From the UHGV virus genome UHGV-0219032: a DNA stretch of 64,000 nt; one strand, given 5' to 3'. The notes below the pieces were generated by a model. That model saw nothing but the letters and a program-made list of their open reading frames with translations. It made no database searches and had not been told where the DNA came from. The translations under genes were made by a program, and so were the position numbers. Shown piece after piece: positions 28,332-36,342 of the stretch (positions are counted from its first letter, which is position 1; each line of letters begins with the position of its first letter). The stretch comes from a virus.

Positions 28332-29510
28332 TTATGCAACACATTCTTCTGTTTCTGAATCTTCATATAATTTAACTTTTAATTCAAATCCTTTTATTTT
28401 ACAATATTTCTTAATAAATGAATATTCTTCTTGATTTGGATTTCTATTATACATTCCTTTTATTTGAACAATAGCATTATCACTTTCTCTATATTCCATT
28501 GTTATGAAAGATTCTTCTGGTTTTTCTCTCATAAATAAAATATGACATTTATTATCAATAACATGTTCTATATAACTTTTTACACAATGATGTAAATTTT
28601 CTCCTTCTTGTTTAACTTCATATGTTGTATATGGAATAGATACAAAATATTTTTTATCATTATATATAAAATCTTTTTCAGTATATTTACTTCTAAATAA
28701 ATTTTCATCATAAGTTTCCCTAAAAATACTATATTGTTTAGAAATTATATCATGATTTGATTTTAAATATTTTGGGTATTTTTCTATTGATTTAATAGAT
28801 TTATATGTTCCATCTGATTTTCTAAGCATCTGTTTTTTCATTCTATAATAATCTATTAAAAAGCTAGTTGCATTATCCCAATTTATATTTTCATATTCAC
28901 GAATATAATTTAAATATTTAATTAAATGTATATGATTATAATTATATTCATTAATTAATCTTGATATACGGTGTACATAATCTTCATAATAATTAGACAT
29001 AAAGTTTTCATTTAATTCAATATGAGCCATAACTATTTTATGAAATGTTTTATTATATATAGAATTAATATCACTAAGTTGATAATTAATTTTACCTAAA
29101 TATTTTAATATATTTTTAGGGCAATTTTCATATTCTTGACCTTCATAATGATATATTGAAAATTTAGTTAATTGAGATAAATCAATACCATAAGACATTA
29201 ATGATTCAAAATTCGAGTGATATTTTATTTTTGATAATAAATTACCTATACTATTAATGTTCCTTCCAGTTTGTCTACAATGTTTTCTTATTAATTTTAA
29301 TAATTGATATAAAATTTTATCATTTTCAAATAATTTTTCAACTTCATAAATTCTCATATTTTTAAAATACATAGCTAAACTTTTTCTTTGTTCATATTCT
29401 TTTTTTCCTTTTGGTATTACCCACATAGTTCCATCTTTTAAACTAAATTTTGCTTTACCTCTGTTTTCATCTTCAAAATATAAAATTCCATTTTCTTTTC
29501 TTAATTCCAT
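28332..29510 (-). CDS. hypothetical protein, PcfJ-like (tentative)
   Basis: First gene of the leftward arm. The C-terminal LHHCVKSYIEHVIDNKCHILFMRE is reminiscent of PcfJ-family proteins. Confidence 0.3.
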   Translation of the reverse strand: MELRKENGILYFEDENRGKAKFSLKDGTMWVIPKGKKEYEQRKSLAMYFKNMRIYEVEKLFENDKILYQLLKLIRKHCRQTGRNINSIGNLLSKIKYHSNFESLMSYGIDLSQLTKFSIYHYEGQEYENCPKNILKYLGKINYQLSDINSIYNKTFHKIVMAHIELNENFMSNYYEDYVHRISRLINEYNYNHIHLIKYLNYIREYENINWDNATSFLIDYYRMKKQMLRKSDGTYKSIKSIEKYPKYLKSNHDIISKQYSIFRETYDENLFRSKYTEKDFIYNDKKYFVSIPYTTYEVKQEGENLHHCVKSYIEHVIDNKCHILFMREKPEESFITMEYRESDNAIVQIKGMYNRNPNQEEYSFIKKYCKIKGFELKVKLYEDSETEECVA

Positions 29511-29578
29511 TTTAATCTTCTCCTTATCTCACTTCCGACACAAATGATACAACAGAACATTTGAGGTCTCCGCTTTAT

Positions 29579-29607
29579 TGATACTGTAATTATACAACAA
29601 AAATTAT
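29579..29607 (-). promoter_or_regulatory. leftward consensus promoter (TTGACA, 17 nt, TATAAT)
   Basis: Perfect -35 and -10 hexamers on the minus strand with a 17-nt spacer, about 70 nt upstream of the 28332..29510 gene. Confidence 0.55.
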
Positions 29608-29908
29608 TTTATGTCAATATATTTTTTAAAATTATTTTATGACCTTTTAAAATCCATTTTAAAGAGTTTATATTTAATAGTAGACTAATTTATTATTGAA
29701 ATGTTTGTAGGGGTGTTATCTTTGGGATAGTAAGGTGTCAGTTTAAATTTATGTGGTAAAATACTCCCGGATTTTTTTACTTAAAATCAAAAATCTTTTC
29801 ACAAAAAGTTTTTGCATTTTTAAGTGGAAATATTAGTTTTCTTTTAGTAATAATATTAGTATTGACAGCGTATTACCTTGTCTATCTAAGGGAAAACGTG
29901 AAATCGGG

Positions 29909-29964
29909 TCACACTTAGTTACCAAAAATCACACTTAGTTACCTTTAAATCACACTTAGTTACC
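29909..29964 (+). repeat. three direct 15-bp repeats TCACACTTAGTTACC (iteron or operator array)
   Basis: Exact copies starting at 29909, 29929 and 29950 (20-21 bp spacing), ending 28 bp upstream of the rightward promoter. Confidence 0.6.
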
Positions 29965-29992
29965 AAAGATAAAAAATACATAAATCATTATA

Positions 29993-30021
29993 TTGACAAA
30001 AATGTAATATTATGCTATAAT
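29993..30021 (+). promoter_or_regulatory. rightward consensus promoter (TTGACA, 17 nt, TATAAT)
   Basis: Perfect hexamers, then RBS ggaggg and ATG at 30052. Confidence 0.6.
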
Positions 30022-30051
30022 AATTTTATAGAATAATATTGGAGGGAATAT

Positions 30052-30294
30052 ATGAGTAAAATTATTAAAAGAGTATTTAGCAAATCGAAAGCAAATGATT
30101 TAATTTCTATGGGTAATACTCTGTTAAAAACAGAAAAAGATTATATAAAACCAAAAAGAGAAATTTATATATTTGAAAGAACTGATAAATTAATCAAAGA
30201 TTTGTCCGCTCTTCATAATATATATATAAAAAATAAAACAATAGGAGTGCGAAATGAAAAATATAATAGTGGAAAATTATTTAACAATTCATAA
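30052..30294 (+). CDS. hypothetical small protein, first gene of the rightward arm
   Basis: 80-aa ORF with a strong promoter and RBS. Confidence 0.35.
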   Translation: MSKIIKRVFSKSKANDLISMGNTLLKTEKDYIKPKREIYIFERTDKLIKDLSALHNIYIKNKTIGVRNEKYNSGKLFNNS

Positions 30295-31069
30295 AGAATT
30301 AATAGGAAAACAAATTAATTTATCAAAACCAAATTCTATATTATTATTTATGGAAGTTTGTAGAATAAAACAAATGGAGATTAAAGCATTACAAAATAAT
30401 TTCCAAAAAAATATAGATAATGATTTAATAATTAATAAGAGTAGATTGGAAAATATAATTGATAAAGCATTAATAAAACAAAATATAAAAATTCAAAATC
30501 TTATTGATGATTTTAATAATGGCTCATACTTCATAAATAAAGATGGAGAGATTATTGAAATCATAGAATTTATAAATTTTTATAAAAATACTGGAGAAAT
30601 TGAAGTAGTATTTAATATGGAAAATTTTATAAAATATTTTATAAATATAAAAGACAATTTTACAAAATTACCATTAGAATATTTTAAGGGGATTAAAAGT
30701 AAAAATGTTACTATGTTGTTAATGTATATAATGAAATATAGTAATGTGAAAAATGTATTTATACCAAATAGTGATTTATTATTTTTATTAAATATAAATA
30801 AAAATAATAAATTATCTCACTTGAATCAATCTATAAAAAGAGTCATAGAACAAATTAAAAAAATAAATTTAGATGAGTTAAAAAAATTAAATATAGAAAA
30901 GAATAAAAATAATAACTTTGATATTAAATTTTCTAGTTTTGAAATAAATATTATAATGGAAAATAAAAAAGATATAATTATTAAAAAAACAGAAAATAAA
31001 AAAGATGAAAATTGCAATTTTACAGAGAGTGAATTAGCAATTTATACAGGAGGTTATAATGATAATTGA
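30254..31069 (+). CDS. hypothetical protein, candidate iteron-binding Rep or regulator
   Basis: 271-aa ORF directly downstream of the iteron array. No catalytic motif recognised. Confidence 0.3.
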   Translation: MKNIIVENYLTIHKELIGKQINLSKPNSILLFMEVCRIKQMEIKALQNNFQKNIDNDLIINKSRLENIIDKALIKQNIKIQNLIDDFNNGSYFINKDGEIIEIIEFINFYKNTGEIEVVFNMENFIKYFINIKDNFTKLPLEYFKGIKSKNVTMLLMYIMKYSNVKNVFIPNSDLLFLLNINKNNKLSHLNQSIKRVIEQIKKINLDELKKLNIEKNKNNNFDIKFSSFEINIIMENKKDIIIKKTENKKDENCNFTESELAIYTGGYNDN

Positions 31070-31361
31070 TTCAAAAATTAAAGGTGTTGTATGGATAAAC
31101 AATTCAAAGAATAGCAAATATTCAAATGGTATTATTTATGCTACATGTGGAAAACAAATTAAATTTATTCATTTTAAAGAGACAGATGATTTGTATGTCA
31201 ATTTAAATAAAGAAGAAGATAAATATGATACTTATGTTGGAAAGGCTAAAATTTTTGGTTTTAAAAATAAACTAAAAAATAAATTAACAAGTCCAGATTT
31301 CTACCTAACAAGAATAAGTATTGAGTTTATAGATGTTGGAAATATAGAGGAAGAAATATAA
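31059..31361 (+). CDS. hypothetical protein
   Basis: 100-aa ORF. Confidence 0.35.
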   Translation: MIIDSKIKGVVWINNSKNSKYSNGIIYATCGKQIKFIHFKETDDLYVNLNKEEDKYDTYVGKAKIFGFKNKLKNKLTSPDFYLTRISIEFIDVGNIEEEI

Positions 31362-31452
31362 CTATTAATTATAATATGTACTTGAATAGTAAATAAAATT
31401 ATGATATAATTAATTTGCATTTATATTTTAGAAGAATAATATTCAAAGAATT

Positions 31453-31478
31453 AAGAGAGAGAAATCTCTCTTTTTTCT
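31453..31478 (+). terminator. rho-independent terminator
   Basis: agagagagaaatctctct followed by tttttt. Confidence 0.55.
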
Positions 31479-31506
31479 TTACTTTTAATATAAAATATGG
31501 TATAAT
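31478..31506 (+). promoter_or_regulatory. extended -10 promoter (tggTATAAT)
   Basis: Weak -35 tttact, then an extended -10, then RBS ggaggt and ATG at 31532. Confidence 0.4.
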
Positions 31507-31531
31507 ATTGTAAAATATAGGAGGTATAAAT

Positions 31532-34093
31532 ATGGGATTAACAGAGGAACAAAAGCAAATATTAAGTTGCACAAACAATGGTTTAATTATTGTAAATGCT
31601 CTAGCTGGAACAGGAAAAACAAGTACACTATTAGAATGGTGCAAACAAAAACCACATCTAAAAATACTATATTTGGTCTTTGGCAAAGCTATGAGTGACG
31701 AGGCTAAAAAAATGTTTAAGGATTTAAAAAATGTTCATGTTAAAACTACTCATTCTTTGGCATTTAAAAGTTTTGGAGTTAAATATAAATCAAAATTAAC
31801 TCAATCATATAGAGCAATAGATTGTATGAGAGATTTAGATTTGAATGGTGATTATGATACAGCTAATAGTGTATTATCATTATTTAATAAATTTTTATCT
31901 AGTGATAGTGATGATATATATAAATTTACACAAACTATACTTAGAGGATATGGAATTAGAAATGAACATAAAATTAATAGCTTATCTAAATTATGTGATA
32001 AGTTATGGAAAAAATCTATTGATTTAAATGATGACACTCAAGTAGTACATGATTTTTATTTAAAGTTATACCAAATGTCAAAACCTAATCTTGGATTAGA
32101 ATATGATGTTATGATGGTAGATGAGTGTGTACATGGTGATATGTATGTTGTTACAGATGAAGGAGATAAAAAGATAAGTGTATTACATGATAAATTTCAA
32201 AGTGGAAAAAATGTACCTAAAATTTTAAGTTATAATGAAAATCTTGGTATATATGAATATAAAGATATGAATTTTTCAAAAGTTACACATAACAGAGAAA
32301 TATTAACTATAAAAACAGAAGGTTTAAATATTATAAAAGTTACTGGAAATCACCCAATACTTACACAGAGGGGATATGTTGAAGCAGACCAATTAATATG
32401 TGGAAGTGATTATGTATTTTTAGATACACCACAAAACCAAAAAACAAAAATCGTATTAAATGACGACCAAACACAAATAGTTATTGGTAGCTTTTTGGGA
32501 GATGGAACTATTGACAAAAGAAGTCAATATAATACTTATAGAGTGAGTTTTACACATGGAGAAAAACAAAAAAAATATTTAGAGTGGAAAACAAAAATGT
32601 TTAATATAGATGGTATAAAAAATATAAAAAGTGGATATACTGGTAAGAATAATATTTATCAAAGTAATCCAAGTAAAACATTTATCTTAAATGAAGATTT
32701 AATTAGATTATGTCATGATATGGATTCGAGAGCTTTGGCAATATGGTATATGGATGACGGTAGTTACTCAAATGAAAGCGGTTGTTGTGCAATACATTCT
32801 AATGCTTTTGGAAAAGATGAACATTTATTGTTTCAATTTATATTAAAAAATAATTTTGGAATACATGCAGAAATTAGCATAACTAAAGGTTATTATTATT
32901 TACGTTTTAATAAATCAGAATCTCAAAAATTACTTATGTTAATTAAACCATACATGCACGAAGATTTATACTATAAAAATCCATTATGTTATCATGATAA
33001 TTTTCAAAAATATCAATGGAATAATAAATTTAAGGCATATGGTGGTAATTTCATTATATCAATAGAATCATCTGAATATGGTGATGTTTATGATATAGGT
33101 GTAGAAGATAATCATAATTTCATTATAAAATCCACACCAAGTAAATGTAGTAGAAAAACAACTGGTGTTATAGTTCATAATTGTCAAGACAGTACACTAA
33201 CTATTAAAGGTATAATAGACTCATCAAAGGATAAATTAAAACAAGTGATACTCATAGGAGACCCACACCAAAGTATATTTCAATTTAGAAACTGTGTTAA
33301 TTTAATTGAGATATATTCAAAAGAAGCTACAAATTATGATTTAACAGGAAGTTTTAGGGTAAATCAAAATATAGCTAATATGTGTAATATGCTATTGGAT
33401 ATGTTTAAAAGAAAAAAAGTTCACATGAATGGATATAATAAAAATCAAAAAATATATTCTGATAAAGGTTTAAATTTTGAAAATATGCAAAGTCAATTCA
33501 ACATTATAACTAGAACTAATGCAACTATATTGGCTCATGCCATAGAAGCATCTATGAGAGGTAAATGGCTTTATTTTGAAGGTGGATATAATAGTTATCC
33601 ATTTCAATTTTATAAAGATTTATATTGGTTTAGAGCAACAAATCAAACATATAATAAGGAACTTAATAAATTTAAAGATTGGGAAGAGTTACAACAATAT
33701 GCAACTGAAGCTGATGATATAGAATTATTAACAGGAATAAAATTTATTAATATGTATTCAAGTAAAGTTGATAGTTTACCTAATGCTATTGATAATGTAA
33801 AAAATTATGTTGTATCTAAGAGAGAACAAGCTAATTTCTGTTATTGTACAGCACATAAAAGTAAAGGTTTAACTTTTGAAACACCAACATTAATTGAGAA
33901 AGATTTTCCTCATTTAATAGATTGGCAAAAAACAATGACTAATATTATATCTATGTCTCATATTTATCCAGATGCTTTAGATAAATTTCTAAAAGATATT
34001 GAACAAGATGTAAACCTTGCATATGTAGCTATTACTCGTGCTAAGGGTGATATATATTTAAATGAAGATATGGTTAAATTTTTTAATTTATAA
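31532..34093 (+). CDS. SF1 helicase (UvrD/RecD/Dda-like) interrupted by an intein at motif II
   Basis: Walker A AGTGKTSTL. The extein reads ...YDVMMVDE then CQDSTL... (a DExQD box). C-terminal motif VI YVAITRAKG. Confidence 0.65.
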   Translation: MGLTEEQKQILSCTNNGLIIVNALAGTGKTSTLLEWCKQKPHLKILYLVFGKAMSDEAKKMFKDLKNVHVKTTHSLAFKSFGVKYKSKLTQSYRAIDCMRDLDLNGDYDTANSVLSLFNKFLSSDSDDIYKFTQTILRGYGIRNEHKINSLSKLCDKLWKKSIDLNDDTQVVHDFYLKLYQMSKPNLGLEYDVMMVDECVHGDMYVVTDEGDKKISVLHDKFQSGKNVPKILSYNENLGIYEYKDMNFSKVTHNREILTIKTEGLNIIKVTGNHPILTQRGYVEADQLICGSDYVFLDTPQNQKTKIVLNDDQTQIVIGSFLGDGTIDKRSQYNTYRVSFTHGEKQKKYLEWKTKMFNIDGIKNIKSGYTGKNNIYQSNPSKTFILNEDLIRLCHDMDSRALAIWYMDDGSYSNESGCCAIHSNAFGKDEHLLFQFILKNNFGIHAEISITKGYYYLRFNKSESQKLLMLIKPYMHEDLYYKNPLCYHDNFQKYQWNNKFKAYGGNFIISIESSEYGDVYDIGVEDNHNFIIKSTPSKCSRKTTGVIVHNCQDSTLTIKGIIDSSKDKLKQVILIGDPHQSIFQFRNCVNLIEIYSKEATNYDLTGSFRVNQNIANMCNMLLDMFKRKKVHMNGYNKNQKIYSDKGLNFENMQSQFNIITRTNATILAHAIEASMRGKWLYFEGGYNSYPFQFYKDLYWFRATNQTYNKELNKFKDWEELQQYATEADDIELLTGIKFINMYSSKVDSLPNAIDNVKNYVVSKREQANFCYCTAHKSKGLTFETPTLIEKDFPHLIDWQKTMTNIISMSHIYPDALDKFLKDIEQDVNLAYVAITRAKGDIYLNEDMVKFFNL
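32126..33181 (+). mobile_element. intein (352 aa) with a LAGLIDADG homing endonuclease domain
   Basis: Cys1 (CVHGD...), LAGLIDADG blocks IGSFLGDGTID and LAIWYMDDGSY, terminal VIVHN, and Cys at +1. Confidence 0.6.
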
Positions 34094-34134
34094 TTGACAT
34101 AACATTTTTCTCGTCAGTATTATGTGAAAGAGAT
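34088..34134 (+). repeat. 47-bp exact direct repeat, copy 1 (promoter-like TTGACA, 18 nt, TATTAT)
   Basis: ttataattgacataacatttttctcgtcagtattatgtgaaagaga recurs exactly at 40465..40511. Confidence 0.6.
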
Positions 34135-34152
34135 AAAATCTCTTTTAAATTT
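34127..34152 (+). terminator. terminator-like hairpin, followed by a 14-bp-stem hairpin at 34184-34229
   Basis: aagagataaaatctctt followed by ttaaattta. Then ttgttggtgatgtt...aacatcaccaacaa. Confidence 0.4.
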
Positions 34153-34237
34153 ATCCGTTCTTTTTCTTTTGACAACTCTCTTTTTGTTGGTGATGTTCGG
34201 ATAGAGAAAATTTAAAACATCACCAACAAAAAATTAT

Positions 34238-34266
34238 TTGAAAAAATATTAAAATTATGATATAAT
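34238..34266 (+). promoter_or_regulatory. promoter for the tRNA cluster (TTGAAA, 17 nt, TATAAT)
   Basis: Hexamers with a 17-nt spacer, 75 bp upstream of the first tRNA. Confidence 0.45.
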
Positions 34267-34340
34267 AATTTTATAATAAAAAAGCCAAACACACACTTTA
34301 ACTTATATAATTCTCTGATACTACTTTATGTAGTATCAAA

Positions 34341-34416
34341 ATGGGTTGTAGCTCAATAGGTAGAGCATTGGTCTGTTAAACCAAATGTAGAGGGTTCGAT
34401 TCCCTCCAACCCAGCC
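34341..34416 (+). tRNA. tRNA-Asn (GTT)
   Basis: Acceptor tgggttg/caaccca, anticodon loop ctGTTaa, T-arm gagggttcgattccctc, encoded CCA. Confidence 0.8.
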
Positions 34417-34421
34417 AAATA

Positions 34422-34510
34422 TGGTAGGTTATCCTAAATGGCTAAGGAGCTGGTCTTGAAAACCAGTAAATGTGAAAGCATGTAAGAGTTCGAGTCTCTT
34501 ACCTACCTCC
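34422..34510 (+). tRNA. tRNA-Ser (TGA)
   Basis: Acceptor ggtaggt/acctacc, anticodon loop ctTGAaa, long variable arm, T-arm aagagttcgagtctctt. Confidence 0.75.
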
Positions 34511-34514
34511 ATAA

Positions 34515-34600
34515 TATGTAGTTGGTGGAATTGGAATACACGTGGTGCTTAGAACACCATTCTTAAAAAGATTGAGAGTTCAAATCTCTCACTACATACC
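34515..34600 (+). tRNA. tRNA-Leu (TAG)
   Basis: Acceptor atgtagt/actacat, anticodon stem tggtg/cacca with loop ctTAGaa, long variable arm, T-arm gagagttcaaatctctc. Confidence 0.75.
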
Positions 34601-34602
34601 AA

Positions 34603-34676
34603 TAGATGTGTAGTTTAATGTAAAACATCAGACTCCAAATCTGAAAGTTATGGGTTCGAGTCCTATCGCATCTGCC
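34603..34676 (+). tRNA. tRNA-Trp (CCA)
   Basis: Acceptor agatgtg/cgcatct, anticodon stem tcaga/tctga with loop ctCCAaa. Confidence 0.75.
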
Positions 34677-34770
34677 ATAAAAGTTATTAATGAAAGGTAC
34701 ATACAGCAATTAATTAATTTTCTATAAATAATGGTTTTAGGGATAGAATAGAATATAGTACCTTGAAATT

Positions 34771-35322
34771 TTGGGTTTTAACTGTATTATAAGGGAAGTG
34801 ATATATATTAATAATATAGTTTATATAAAACATTTTGATAATGGTAAGAAATATATTGGTATAACAAATAATTTTAAAAGAAGAATGTATGAACATATAA
34901 AAAGTGCATATAAAAATAATAGTAAACTTCCTGTACATAATGCCATGAGAAAATATAATCATACAACAGAAATTGTATTTATGAGTAACTGTTATGATGA
35001 TGTTTTAAAAATGGAAAAGATTATTATAAAAAATTTTAAAGATATTGGAATTGATTTATATAATATTACAGATGGAGGAGAAGGAAGTTTAGGATTAAAA
35101 GTATCAAATGAAACAAAATTAAAAATTAGTAATTCTTTAAAGGGAAATAATAATCCACGTTCAAGAACTAAAGAACATTATGCTATAACTCCAACTATGA
35201 GAAATAATTTTAAGACTACATGTAAACGTATGGGTTGGGATTTTAATTATTTTATTGAAGTATATAGCGGTCAAAATAGTCATGAACATAAAAAGTATTA
35301 TTATATTGAAAAATTTATGTAA
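34771..35322 (+). CDS. GIY-YIG homing endonuclease inserted in the tRNA cluster
   Basis: VYIKHFDNGKKYIGIT...R...E...N (GIY-YIG core). Paralog of the 56414..57382 N-terminus. Confidence 0.7.
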   Translation: MGFNCIIREVIYINNIVYIKHFDNGKKYIGITNNFKRRMYEHIKSAYKNNSKLPVHNAMRKYNHTTEIVFMSNCYDDVLKMEKIIIKNFKDIGIDLYNITDGGEGSLGLKVSNETKLKISNSLKGNNNPRSRTKEHYAITPTMRNNFKTTCKRMGWDFNYFIEVYSGQNSHEHKKYYYIEKFM

Positions 35323-35372
35323 AACCGGCTGTTTAAGTACATAACTTGGTTCGATTCCAAGAACACTCACCA
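35323..35372 (+). pseudogene. orphan tRNA 3' half (T-arm, acceptor 3' strand, CCA)
   Basis: cttggttcgattccaag, aacactc, a, cca begins 1 nt after the endonuclease stop. No matching 5' half (gagtgtt) found in the window. Confidence 0.4.
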
Positions 35373-35375
35373 TAT

Positions 35376-35448
35376 GCCTATATAGTTCAGTTGGTAGAAC
35401 AAGGGTGCAGAAACACCCATGTCGCTGGTTCGACTCTAGTTATAGGCA
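35376..35448 (+). tRNA. tRNA-like gene (Thr-family backbone) with a 6-nt anticodon loop CAGAAA
   Basis: Canonical acceptor gcctata/tataggc, D-arm tagttcagttggtagaac and T-arm ggttcgact. Best anticodon pairing is gggtg/caccc enclosing only 6 nt, with no U33. Confidence 0.45.
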
Positions 35449-35550
35449 ACACTCGGTTGGTAGACCCGTAAAACTACCAAATTGCTCATATACCAAGTGT
35501 ATAATGAGATACCAGCTCGACAATGTCAGAACTGGCTTTTATAATTAAAT

Positions 35551-35624
35551 GGGGATTTCGCCTAAAAGTAGGGCAATAGTCTGCAAAACTATTTGAAGCG
35601 GGGCAGTACCGCTAATCCCCTCCA
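35551..35624 (+). tRNA. tRNA-Cys-like (GCA) with a non-canonical T-loop
   Basis: Acceptor ggggatt/aatcccc, anticodon stem atagt/actat with loop ctGCAaa. The T-loop is ggcagta instead of TTCRANY, and the D-stem is weak. Confidence 0.45.
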
Positions 35625-35628
35625 AAAA

Positions 35629-35703
35629 TGTGGGTTAGAGTAGTGGTTACTCATTAGTCTCATAAGATAATTTAGGTCAGTTCAATTCTGACACCCGTAA
35701 CCA
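35629..35703 (+). tRNA. tRNA-Met or tRNA-Ile2 (CAT)
   Basis: Acceptor tgtgggt/acccgta (two G.U pairs), D-stem gagt/actc, loop ctCATaa, T-arm gtcagttcaattctgac. Confidence 0.6.
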
Positions 35704-35707
35704 ATGT

Positions 35708-35796
35708 GATAGTGTAACCCTAATAGTAAGGGAACAGTTTGCTAAACTGTGAGTAGTGTTTTACACGTGTTGGTGCAAGTCCAATCGCTATCGCCA
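35708..35796 (+). tRNA. tRNA-Ser (GCT)
   Basis: Acceptor gatagtg/cgctatc, anticodon stem acagt/actgt with loop ttGCTaa, long variable arm. Confidence 0.7.
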
Positions 35797-35800
35797 ATAT

Positions 35801-35875
35801 TTCGAGATAGCCAAGCGGTAAGGCAACGGATTTTGACTCCGTCATGCGAATGTTCAAATCATTCTCTCGAAACCA
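35801..35875 (+). tRNA. tRNA-Gln (TTG)
   Basis: Acceptor ttcgaga/tctcgaa, anticodon stem acgga/tccgt with loop ttTTGac, T-arm gaatgttcaaatcattc, CCA. Confidence 0.7.
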
Positions 35876-36231
35876 TTTTTAATTATATAATTAAATATGG
35901 AGAACCCTTGCCATAGTGGGATATAGGGTATAAAATCCCAACAAATAAACCTTATTAGTTAAGGATATATGAAACGTACATCAGCAATATAATTTTATTA
36001 TGTAAAAAATATATCAATTACAAATTTCTTATTAAAAGATTTCATAAATTATCACCTCCATAAAGTTATATAGTACGTTGTTAAGAATATATTAAATGAA
36101 CGTCAGCAAATAAATATTTCAGATGAAAAAGGGTTTTAATAGAACAAATGAAGATATATGATTATAATAAAAATAATCACAACAATTTTATGTTCATTGT
36201 TTATATTCTAATTAAATTAAGGAGTGATATT

Positions 36232-36318
36232 ATGAATTTTAATTCATTATTAATGTTTATAACTTGTAACCATGATATTACTAATGTTATGGCTTACATA
36301 TTATCAAATATATTTTAA
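36232..36318 (+). CDS. tiny hydrophobic ORF (28 aa)
   Basis: Strong RBS aaggagtg then ATG; MNFNSLLMFITCNHDITNVMAYILSNIF. Confidence 0.2.
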   Translation: MNFNSLLMFITCNHDITNVMAYILSNIF

Positions 36319-36342
36319 TTATATATGGAGGTATTTTAAAAT

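Noticed and set aside
29909-29964. Possible CRISPR array (three identical 15-bp repeats)
   Set aside because: Spacers are only 5-6 bp, there are just three units, no cas genes are present, and the position is in a promoter region. This fits iterons or operators.
34677-35372. Group I intron carrying the GIY-YIG gene inside a tRNA (anticodon-loop intron)
   Set aside because: No 5' exon (acceptor strand complementary to aacactc, D-arm) exists upstream of the ORF. The tRNA 3' half starts 1 nt after the ORF stop, leaving no room for the P7-P9 ribozyme core. Treated as a free-standing endonuclease plus tRNA remnant instead.
35449-35550. Additional tRNA or ribozyme in the 100-nt gap between the aberrant tRNA and the Cys-like tRNA
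   Set aside because: Only local hairpins (ttggtag...ctaccaa, ccag...ctgg) are present. No cloverleaf with acceptor, D, anticodon and T arms could be built on either strand.
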